Positions 10,605 to 18,139 are shown, counted from the first letter of the stretch. The stretch is DNA of 24,000 nt from Tamlana crocina (GCA_040429635.1 CP158972.1:9918-33917); one strand, 5' to 3'. Program-made: numbers and translations. Notes: generated from the letters alone by a model not told the origin.

Positions 10605-11801
10605 ATGGAATTTCCTAAAAAACTTGTGCAAAAATTAGAAAATCGCAAAGAAAACAACGCTTTTCGAGAATTGGGAACGCCGTCTGGTTTAGTGGATTTT
10701 TCATCAAACGATTATTTGGGGTTTTCAAAAAACGAAACGATTTTCAATAATGCCCACCAGTTTTTAATTAAAAACCACATAAAACAAAACGGAGCCACGG
10801 GGTCGCGCTTGCTTTCCGGAAACCACCAACTTTACGATGTGGTTGAAAGCCTACTTTACCAATTCCACAACAGCGCATCGGCTTTGATTTTCAATTCAGG
10901 CTACGACGCCAATATTGGCTTTTTTTCAAGCGTACCGCAACGTGGCGATGTTATTATATATGATGTACTAATCCATGCTTCCATTCGCGATGGCATATCG
11001 ATGAGCAACGCCAAAGGTTACAAGTTTAAACATAATGATTTGGAGGATTTGGAAAAACTAATTCTTCGTCATTCTGAACCTTCTCACCTTGAGCGGAGTC
11101 AAAAGGTTGTTTCAGAATCGCACCATAACATTTACATCGTTACCGAATCGGTATTCTCCATGGATGGCGACACCCCAAACCTCGTTGGGCTTTCAGAATT
11201 ATGCAAAAAGCACAACGCTTACTTGGTGGTTGACGAGGCCCATGCCATTGGCGTTTTTGGTAAAAACGGCACTGGATTAATACAACAGTTACAACTTGAA
11301 CACGATATTTTCGCTCGCATCGTCACTTTTGGAAAAGCCATGGGCTGCCACGGCGCCGCCATTTTGGGCAGCAATAGTCTAAAAGCATTTTTGGTGAATT
11401 TTTCGCGCTCCTTTATTTATACCACAGCCTTGCCCCCACATAGTTTAGCGACCATTCAATCGGCTTACAACGAATTATCCAAAACCGAAAGTATAAATAA
11501 GCTACAAGATAATATTGCGTTTTTTAAATCTGAAATGGTTAAAAACAACCTTAACAACAGCTTTATCGAAAGTCATTCTGCCATACATTGTTGCATCATT
11601 CCGGGAAACGAAACGGTGAAACACATCGCCCAACAAATCCAAAAAAGCGGTTTTGATGTAAAGCCTATTTTATCACCTACCGTACCCAAGGGGCAGGAAC
11701 GGTTGCGGTTTTGTTTACACAGTTACAATTCTAAAAAGGAAATTTCGGAAGTTTTACAGCGACTTTCTATTTTTGTGGTTCAGCATGACGCAACACATTA
11801 A
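10605..11801 (+). CDS. bioF: 8-amino-7-oxononanoate synthase
   Basis: Taking the start at MEFPKKL avoids overlap with the divergent gene. Motifs: NDYLGF, SGYDANIG, ESVFSMDGD, VDEAHAIGVFG and the PLP-lysine context TFGKAMG. The gene contains an extra segment of about 16 codons (see repeat 11071-11118). Confidence 0.9.
   Translation: MEFPKKLVQKLENRKENNAFRELGTPSGLVDFSSNDYLGFSKNETIFNNAHQFLIKNHIKQNGATGSRLLSGNHQLYDVVESLLYQFHNSASALIFNSGYDANIGFFSSVPQRGDVIIYDVLIHASIRDGISMSNAKGYKFKHNDLEDLEKLILRHSEPSHLERSQKVVSESHHNIYIVTESVFSMDGDTPNLVGLSELCKKHNAYLVVDEAHAIGVFGKNGTGLIQQLQLEHDIFARIVTFGKAMGCHGAAILGSNSLKAFLVNFSRSFIYTTALPPHSLATIQSAYNELSKTESINKLQDNIAFFKSEMVKNNLNNSFIESHSAIHCCIIPGNETVKHIAQQIQKSGFDVKPILSPTVPKGQERLRFCLHSYNSKKEISEVLQRLSIFVVQHDATH
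11071..11118. repeat. 48-bp palindromic element in frame within bioF
   Basis: Terminal arms are ATTCTGAA (11071-11078) and TTCAGAAT (11111-11118), with inner CCTT/AAGG pairing. The core ACCTTGAGCGGAGTCAAAAGGT (11086-11107) is 21/22 identical to the reverse complement of 14982-15003. Confidence 0.7.
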
Positions 11802-11807
11802 GCATCA

Positions 11808-12221
11808 ATGAGCGATACATTTAAAACCATAGCCCGATTTCAATACTCCACCGAAGCCCAAATTGTAAAAGGCCGGCTGGAGGCCGAAGGCATTCAGGTG
11901 TTTATGCAGGATAATTTCACCATCGACACCGACCCACTGGTGAGCAACGCCATTGGCGGCGTTAAACTTAAAGTGTTATCGCGACAAGCCTTGGAAGCCC
12001 AACATATTTTGGCGTCCATTAAAAAATATTCGGTTGACGATGATGGCAACACCATACAATGCCCTAATTGTAACAGCGAAAACATTGAGCTCTTTTCAAC
12101 CATAAAAGATGCCAAGTCCTTTTTTGCTTTTATTTTTGGTGTATTATTTTCATCGTTGCCTTTTTACACCAGGCACAAGTACAAATGCGAAAATTGTAAC
12201 ACGGAATTCGATTTAAAATGA
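11808..12221 (+). CDS. DUF2007-like (putative signal-transducing) domain protein with a C-terminal zinc ribbon and a hydrophobic segment
   Basis: The N-terminus ARFQYSTEAQIVKGRLEAEGIQVFMQD...GGVKLKV...ALEAQHIL fits the DUF2007 pattern. CPNC...FFAFIFGVLFSSLPF...CENC follows. The start is 7 nt after the bioF stop. Confidence 0.6.
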   Translation: MSDTFKTIARFQYSTEAQIVKGRLEAEGIQVFMQDNFTIDTDPLVSNAIGGVKLKVLSRQALEAQHILASIKKYSVDDDGNTIQCPNCNSENIELFSTIKDAKSFFAFIFGVLFSSLPFYTRHKYKCENCNTEFDLK

Positions 12222-12236
12222 TTTTTACCACTAATT

Positions 12237-12274
12237 CACGAATCATTTTCCAATAACTACAAAATAGATTCGTG
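12237..12274. repeat. Intergenic hairpin element (DUF2007-bioD spacer)
   Basis: CACGAATC (12237-12244) pairs with GATTCGTG (12267-12274) across a 22-nt loop, followed by cattcgtagcc. Confidence 0.55.
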
Positions 12275-12300
12275 CATTCGTAGCCTCTTAAAAAAATTCA

Positions 12301-12915
12301 ATGAAAAATAAAACATACTTTATAACAGGAATATCAACCGAGGTGGGCAAAACCGTAGCTTCGGCCATCGTTACCGAAGCCTTGGAAGCCGATTATTGGA
12401 AACCCATACAGGCTGGCGATTTAGACCATAGCGACACCCATAAAGTGGAGCGTTTGGTTTCCAATAAAAAATCACAATTTCACCCCAATACCTATGCCCT
12501 TAACACGCCTATGAGTCCGCATGCCGCAGCCGAAATTGATGGCATTACCATAGACTTAAAAAATATAAATGCGCCTAAAACCAAAAATCATTTGGTCATA
12601 GAAGGCGCAGGTGGCTTACTGGTTCCATTGAACGACAAAGAAACCATTTTAAATATTATCCAACCCGATTTTAAAGTCATCGTGGTATCGCGCCACTATT
12701 TGGGCAGCATCAACCATACGCTTTTAACGGTCAATTTATTAAAGGAAAAAGGCTTTGATGTGTCCATTATTTTCAGTGGAAACGAACACAAAACCACCGA
12801 ATCCATCATCGAAAAAATGACCAATATTCCTATTATCGGAAGGATTGAAGAAGAACCCTATTTTGACCAAAATGTGATAAAGGAATATGCGGAACGATTT
12901 AGGGAGAAGCTGTAG
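12301..12915 (+). CDS. bioD: ATP-dependent dethiobiotin synthetase
   Basis: YFITGISTEVGKTVASAIV (P-loop GxxxxGKT), DYWKPIQAGD and VIEGAGGLLVPL. Confidence 0.9.
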   Translation: MKNKTYFITGISTEVGKTVASAIVTEALEADYWKPIQAGDLDHSDTHKVERLVSNKKSQFHPNTYALNTPMSPHAAAEIDGITIDLKNINAPKTKNHLVIEGAGGLLVPLNDKETILNIIQPDFKVIVVSRHYLGSINHTLLTVNLLKEKGFDVSIIFSGNEHKTTESIIEKMTNIPIIGRIEEEPYFDQNVIKEYAERFREKL

Positions 12916-12923
12916 CTGTCGGG

Positions 12924-12976
12924 AAGGAATCCACAAAAAAGATTAACAATTAAAAGATTCCTGCCTTCGCAGAAAT
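12924..12976. repeat. Intergenic hairpin element (bioD-bioA spacer)
   Basis: AAGGAATC (12924-12931) and GATTCCT (12956-12962) form an inverted repeat. A tight hairpin ATTCCTGC-cttc-GCAGAAAT follows at 12957-12976. Confidence 0.55.
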
Positions 12977-12983
12977 AAAAAAT

Positions 12984-14248
12984 ATGAATTTACAAGAACG
13001 CGACAAAAAACACCTCTGGCATCCGTTAACGCAACACAAATTGCACCCTGAAGCTTTGGCTATTACTAAGGCTAAAGGTTGCACATTGACCGACGAAAAC
13101 GGCAATAAATATATCGATGCCATCGCCTCATGGTACACCTGTATGTACGGGCACTGCAATGAATACATTACCCATCGGGTGTCCGAACAAATGCAGCAAT
13201 TGGACCAAGTGGTTTTTAGCGGATTCACCCACAAACCTGCTATAGAACTCAGCGAAGCCCTCATAAACATTCTGCCCAAAAACCAAAACAAAATTTTTTT
13301 TAGCGATAACGGCTCCACGTCTGTAGAAATTGGCATTAAAATGGCTCTGCAATATCATTTTAACAACGGCAATAAAAAGAATACTTTAATCGCTTTTGAA
13401 GACGGTTTCCACGGCGACACCTTTGGTGCTATGAGCGTTTCGGGACTTTCTGTATACAACGGGCCTTTTGAGGACTTCTTTTTAAAAGTGGAACGCATTC
13501 CCGTGCCCAATGGAAAAAATCACGATGACATATTAAACACTTTACGAAATTTGGCATCAACACACCAAGTGGCCGGTTTTGTTTACGAACCCTTGGTACA
13601 AGGTGCCGCAGCCATGAAAATGCACAATACCGAAGGACTGAACCAAATTTTAAATTTCTGCACAGACCATAACATCATTACCGTTGCCGACGAAGTGATG
13701 ACAGGCTTCGGCAAAACCGGGAAACATTTCGCTTCGCTGTACATGGAAACGCCACCCGATGTGATGTGTTTAAGCAAAGCACTAACTGGCGGATTGCTGC
13801 CCATGGCACTTACCACATGCTCACAAAAAATCTATGATGCTTTTTATAGCGACAATATTGCCAAAGGGCTGTTCCATGGGCATACCTACTCGGCCAACCC
13901 TTTGGCATGTACCGCAGCCTTGGCAAGTATTGAATTATTGCAAACCGAAAACATTCAAGGTAGAATAAAAGAAATTACGGCATCACACGAAAACTTTGAA
14001 ACCGAATAAAAAATCACCCCAAAGTGAAATCCATCCGGCAAACCGGAATCATTTTCGCCCTCGATTTAGATGTAGAAATGCAACGCTACGGTAACCTCCG
14101 CGATAAACTCTTTAAGTTTTTTATGGACAACGGCGTGTTTTTACGCCCCTTGGGCAATACCATTTACATACAAGCCCCTTATGTGATTACCAACCATGAA
14201 TTGGAAAAAGTGTACCGAGTTATCGAAGAATCTTTATCAATAGTGTAA
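12984..14248 (+). pseudogene. bioA: Adenosylmethionine-8-amino-7-oxononanoate aminotransferase split by an apparent 1-nt deficit (true frameshift or sequencing error)
   Basis: The 341-aa ORF has LWHPLTQ, FFSDNGSTSVEIGIKMA, ADEVMTGFGKTG and the PLP-lysine context LSKALTGG, then stops at 14007-14009. The next frame is open from 14000 and reads NRIKNHPKVKSIRQTGIIFALDL to 14248, the normal BioA C-terminus. One extra A in the A3 run at 13999-14001 restores a single ORF. Confidence 0.85.
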
Positions 14249-14271
14249 ATTTGCAGGCTAAAATATAAACA

Positions 14272-14326
14272 GGATTCGCTCACCAAATTTTTGAGATTCC
14301 GAATCAGTCCAGAAAACCGTCTGGAC
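14272..14326. repeat. Intergenic double-hairpin element (bioA-KAS spacer)
   Basis: GATTCG (14273-14278) pairs with CGAATC (14300-14305). A second hairpin GTCCAG-aaaaccgt-CTGGAC lies at 14307-14326. Confidence 0.55.
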
Positions 14327-14340
14327 AGCATGACAAAACT

Positions 14341-15552
14341 ATGCAAAAACCAATCTCCATAACGGCCATTTCATCCATTTCTCCATTAGGAAAATCTTCT
14401 GCGGAAGCTTGGAAAAGTTACAAAAACGAAAACCATTACTTGACTAAAAAATCGGTATTAGGCAAAGACGTTGTTGTGGCCGAAATTCCAAAGGAAGCCA
14501 AAGCGGACATTGAAATATTGAGAGAATCGGATTCCAAATACAAATCGTTGGACGACACCGTCCTTTTTGCCATGTACGCCTCACGAGAAGCGGTAAAACA
14601 GGCGAACTGGAAACCCTCGGATAATTTTGGAATCAATATCGGTTCGTCTCGCGGTGCCACAGCCCTTTTTGAAAACTATCACGAGTCTTTTTTAAAAAAT
14701 AACAAAGCCGAAACTTTAAGTTCGCCCACCACAACTTTGGGCAATATTTCGTCGTGGGTAGGTCACGATTTGCAAACCGAAGGCCCCGAAATTAGCCATT
14801 CCATCACTTGTTCCACAGCATTGCACAGCTTACTTAATGGCATTGCATGGATTAATTCGGGCATGTGCAATAAATTTTTGGTGGGCGGCAGTGAAGCGCC
14901 GCTAACTCCATTTACCATTGCGCAGATGCAGGCTCTGAAAATTTATTCTAAATATGATTTGTCAGGTCGAGCGAAGTCGAGACCTTTCGACTCCGCTCAA
15001 GGTAACATTAACCTCTACCCCTGCCGGGCATTAGACTTCAACAAAACCAAAAACACCATGGTTTTGGGCGAAGGCGCTTCCATGGCTTGTTTGGAAGAAG
15101 GTGAACAAAGCAACGCCTTGGCATTAATTACGGGCTATGGCTATGCCACCGAAATTTTAAAACACAATATTTCCATTTCGAGCGACGCAAAATGTTTTCA
15201 GAAATCGATGAAAATGGCATTGGGCGATAAAAACCCCGAAGACATTGATGTAGTAGTGATGCACGCCCCGGGTACCATTAAAGGCGACACTTCGGAATAT
15301 AAGGCCATAGAAGCCGTTTTTAACAACCACATGCCTGCAGTAACATCAAACAAATGGAAAATCGGGCATACCTTCGGGGCATCGGGCGCATTAAGCATCG
15401 AACTGGCCGTAATGATGTTGCAACACCAAGAATTTATTGGCATTCCGTATTTAGAAAACCAAAAACACCCCAAACAAATTAGAACGGTTTTAGTAAATGC
15501 TGTTGGGTTTGGGGGGAATGCCGTGAGCATATTATTGAGCAAAAAGCCGTAG
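14341..15552 (+). CDS. Beta-ketoacyl synthase, KAS I/II (FabB/FabF)-like, embedded in the biotin cluster
   Basis: A Cys-His-His triad context is present: SITCSTALHS, VVMHAPGTIKGD and KWKIGHTFGASG. GGSEAPLTP and NAVGFGGNAVSILL are typical thiolase-fold KAS motifs. The gene has about 18-20 extra residues (DLSGRAKSRPFDSAQGNINL) relative to the FabF spacing. Confidence 0.8.
   Translation: MQKPISITAISSISPLGKSSAEAWKSYKNENHYLTKKSVLGKDVVVAEIPKEAKADIEILRESDSKYKSLDDTVLFAMYASREAVKQANWKPSDNFGINIGSSRGATALFENYHESFLKNNKAETLSSPTTTLGNISSWVGHDLQTEGPEISHSITCSTALHSLLNGIAWINSGMCNKFLVGGSEAPLTPFTIAQMQALKIYSKYDLSGRAKSRPFDSAQGNINLYPCRALDFNKTKNTMVLGEGASMACLEEGEQSNALALITGYGYATEILKHNISISSDAKCFQKSMKMALGDKNPEDIDVVVMHAPGTIKGDTSEYKAIEAVFNNHMPAVTSNKWKIGHTFGASGALSIELAVMMLQHQEFIGIPYLENQKHPKQIRTVLVNAVGFGGNAVSILLSKKP
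14961..15006. repeat. Palindromic element in frame within the KAS gene
   Basis: GAGCGAAGTCGA (14969-14980), loop gacctt, then TCGACTCCGCTC (14987-14998), pairing 11/12. Weaker outer pairing extends over GTCAGGTC...AAGGTAAC. The 22-nt core is shared with the bioF element in inverted orientation. Confidence 0.7.
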
Positions 15553-15599
15553 CATAAACATATAATTAGTATTTTTGGCCACAACTAACGAGCAGATTT

Positions 15600-16694
15600 A
15601 TGAGCGAGACAAGACACAATTGGACCCAACAAGAAATTCTGGATATTTACAACAAACCGTTAATGGAGTTGCTTTACGAAGCGGCTACCATACACCGTTT
15701 GCACCACGACCCTAACACGGTACAAGTAAGCACGCTACTCTCTATAAAAACAGGAGGCTGCCCAGAAGATTGTGGGTATTGTCCGCAAGCCGCTCGTTAC
15801 CACACCGATATTGAAGGCAACGATTTAATGAGCGTTCAGCAGGTAAAAGCACAGGCATTACGCGCCAAATCCAGCGGAAGCTCAAGGGTTTGTATGGGTG
15901 CCGCTTGGCGAAACGTAAAGGATGGCGAAGAATTCGACCAGGTTTTGGAAATGGTTCGCACCATCAACAAACTGGATATGGAAGTGTGCTGCACCTTGGG
16001 TATGATTACCGAAAACCAAGCAAAACGTTTGGCCGAGGCCGGTTTGTATGCCTACAACCATAATCTGGATTCTTCGGAAGAATATTACAAAGAAGTAATT
16101 TCTACTCGCGGTTTTGAAGACCGTTTAGAAACCATCGATAACGTTCGTAAAACCAATGTTACTGTTTGTAGCGGTGGTATTATTGGCATGGGTGAAAAAG
16201 TGGAAGACCGTTCGGGCATGCTCGTGGCGCTTTCCACATTGAATCCGCAACCAGAATCTGTCCCTATCAATGCTCTAGTCGCTGTTGACGGCACGCCGTT
16301 GGAAGACCAAGAGCCCGTTTCCATTTGGGACATGGTGCGTATGGTAGCTACCACCCGTATCGTGATGCCCGAAACCCAAGTACGTTTAAGTGCTGGGCGT
16401 ACGCAAATGACACGCGAAGGCCAAGCCATGTGTTTCTTTGCCGGAGCGAATTCTATTTTTGCAGGCGATAAATTACTGACCACCCCCAACCCCGATGTAA
16501 ATGAAGACATGGAAATGTTCAAACTGCTGGGCTTAAACCCACAAAAGCCATTTACCAAAAAAGTACAGCCACAAACGGTTGAAGCTCAAGATTCGCAATA
16601 CGAAGCTTTGGGTGAAAAACCAAAATGGAGCAGGCCAGAACATACCATTGAGCGCAACGAGGCAGCAAAGGCGAAAGCTAAAGCTACAAAGTAG
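15600..16694 (+). CDS. bioB: Biotin synthase (radical SAM)
   Basis: CPEDCGYCPQ (CX3CX2C), VCMGAAWR, EVCCTLGM, YNHNLDSS and VCSGGIIGMGE. There is a Lys/Ala-rich C-terminal tail. Confidence 0.96.
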   Translation: MSETRHNWTQQEILDIYNKPLMELLYEAATIHRLHHDPNTVQVSTLLSIKTGGCPEDCGYCPQAARYHTDIEGNDLMSVQQVKAQALRAKSSGSSRVCMGAAWRNVKDGEEFDQVLEMVRTINKLDMEVCCTLGMITENQAKRLAEAGLYAYNHNLDSSEEYYKEVISTRGFEDRLETIDNVRKTNVTVCSGGIIGMGEKVEDRSGMLVALSTLNPQPESVPINALVAVDGTPLEDQEPVSIWDMVRMVATTRIVMPETQVRLSAGRTQMTREGQAMCFFAGANSIFAGDKLLTTPNPDVNEDMEMFKLLGLNPQKPFTKKVQPQTVEAQDSQYEALGEKPKWSRPEHTIERNEAAKAKAKATK

Positions 16695-16766
16695 TATTTG
16701 TTGAAATAGTTCTAAAGTCAAACAGACTACCATACTTTAACAAGGCCCAACACAGGTTGCTGCGAT

Positions 16767-16894
16767 CGTAATTGTAATGACGTTATATAAGAAACGCCCA
16801 CACAAAAAACGCACGTCAATTACGAGGGACGGGAAAAGTAATCTTTTCATTTGAACTAAAGAGTAAAAGATTCCCACGCTACGCTCGGAATAAC
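16767..16894. repeat. Composite palindromic repeat region downstream of bioB
   Basis: CGTAATTGtaaTGACG (16767-16782) faces CGTCAATTACG (16814-16824). GTAATCTTTT (16838-16847) faces AAAAGATTCC (16865-16874), 9/10. The outer arms GTCAATTACGAGGGACGGG and CCCACGCTACGCTCGGAATAAC are loosely complementary. Confidence 0.55.
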
Positions 16895-16947
16895 TGTCCT
16901 TATAAAACCTGTAACGTTATACTATTTCAAATCACGTAACGTTTTCT

Positions 16948-16955
16948 TAACTTTG
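16948..16955 (+). promoter_or_regulatory. Candidate -7 box TAacTTTG for the JmjC/cupin gene
   Basis: Matches TAnnTTTG and lies 21 nt upstream of the TTG start at 16976. Confidence 0.4.
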
Positions 16956-16975
16956 GCGCACTAAATTTTTAAGCA

Positions 16976-17836
16976 TTGGCATTAAACTTACAGGACATTC
17001 CGAGGGTAAAAACCATTACCAAATCGGATTTTTTAAAACACTACTTTAATCCGCAGAAACCTGTGGTTATCGAGCGTTTTATTGAAGACTGGCCAGCTTA
17101 TTCCAAATGGAACTTAGACTACATCAAACAAATTGGCGGCGACATTACCATTCCGCTTTACGACGATAGGCCTGTAGATTACCGCGATGGTTTTAACGAA
17201 CCGCACGCCAAAATGAAACTGGCCGATTACATCGATTTGCTGAAACGCGAGCCCACAAAATTCCGCATCTTTTTATGGAATGCCCTAAAGGAAATTCCGC
17301 AGTTACAAAACGATTTTTCGTTTCCAGACTTTGGGCTGCGGCTTATGAAAGGCATCCCTATGCTCTTTTTCGGCGGACGGGATTCTTACACTTTTATGCA
17401 CTATGATATTGATTTGGCCAATATTTTCCATTTTCATTTTGAAGGCAAAAAACAAATCATTCTGTTCGACCAAAAGCAGAATAAGTACCTGTATAAAATT
17501 CCGCATTCGCTCATTACCCGAGAGGATATCGATTTTAACAATCCCGATTTTGAAAAGTGGCCCATGCTCAAAAAAGCCAAAGGCTACCAAACCGAACTGA
17601 ACCATGGCGAGATTTTGTACATGCCCGAAGGCTATTGGCATTACATGCGCTACATCACCCCCGGTTTTTCCATGAGCCTGCGCGCCATTGCCCGAAACCC
17701 AAAAAACTTCGGTCAGGCCATTTACAACATATTAATTATGCGCAACTACGACAACCTGATGCGACGCATTAAAAAGCAAAAATGGATTGACTGGAAAAAC
17801 GAACAGGCCATAAAAAACACCCATAAGAATTTGTAG
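16976..17836 (+). CDS. JmjC/cupin-like (Cupin_8) domain protein, putative Fe(II)/2-oxoglutarate oxygenase
   Basis: It has an HxD...H arrangement (FMHYDID ... EGYWHYMRY) and WPAYSKWNLDYI, typical of the JmjC/cupin-8 fold. A TTG start is inferred because TAA at 16970-16972 closes the frame and there is no nearby ATG. Confidence 0.7.
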   Translation: MALNLQDIPRVKTITKSDFLKHYFNPQKPVVIERFIEDWPAYSKWNLDYIKQIGGDITIPLYDDRPVDYRDGFNEPHAKMKLADYIDLLKREPTKFRIFLWNALKEIPQLQNDFSFPDFGLRLMKGIPMLFFGGRDSYTFMHYDIDLANIFHFHFEGKKQIILFDQKQNKYLYKIPHSLITREDIDFNNPDFEKWPMLKKAKGYQTELNHGEILYMPEGYWHYMRYITPGFSMSLRAIARNPKNFGQAIYNILIMRNYDNLMRRIKKQKWIDWKNEQAIKNTHKNL

Positions 17837-17867
17837 TTTTTAACCCTTTGGCATGACCTTGAAATTC

Positions 17868-17940
17868 GTCATTTCGAGTGAATTTCACGAAGGAAGGAGT
17901 GAAATTTGCACTTCGGCTCCGCTCAGTAGAGCTATCGAGA
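17868..17940. repeat. Intergenic palindromic repeat element carrying the CTCCGCTCA core
   Basis: GTCATTTCGAGTGAATTTCAC-gaaggaagga-GTGAAATT is followed by cttcgGCTCCGCTCAGtagagc. A further GCTCCGCTTAGG lies at 18010-18021. Confidence 0.5.
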
Positions 17941-17952
17941 AAAAGAATTTTT

Positions 17953-18000
17953 ATCTAAAAAAAAGTTCTCTCCCTATAACTATAGGGAACGATTTTTTTA
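17953..18000. terminator. A-run / hairpin / T-run, a possible bidirectional terminator
   Basis: A8, then TCCCTATA-ac-TATAGGGA (17971-17988), then acga and T7. Confidence 0.4.
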
Positions 18001-18030
18001 AGCTCCGCTTAGGTATCTTCAATCAAAATA

Positions 18031-18050
18031 TATTTTGATTTCAATAATCT
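18031..18050. promoter_or_regulatory. Perfect 20-bp AT-rich palindrome, a possible operator
   Basis: AATCAAAATATATTTTGATT is identical to its reverse complement. It lies about 90 bp upstream of the -7 box at 18140. Confidence 0.3.
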
Positions 18051-18139
18051 CAAAATCACTCGAACTAACGGTTGAACCAAATTCTATTTTCAAAATATAC
18101 AACATGTAGTTTTTGTACGTCGTTTATATAAAACTTGCA

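Noticed and set aside
12950-13336. A 128-aa minus-strand ORF ending in ISAKAGIF.
   Set aside because: It is antisense to the bioA N-terminus. Its tail is just a translation of the GATTCCTGCCTTCGCAGAAAT hairpin repeat.
14024-14248. The 74-aa ORF as a separate gene with a GTG start.
   Set aside because: It is the conserved BioA C-terminal segment and is contiguous with the upstream ORF after a 1-nt correction.
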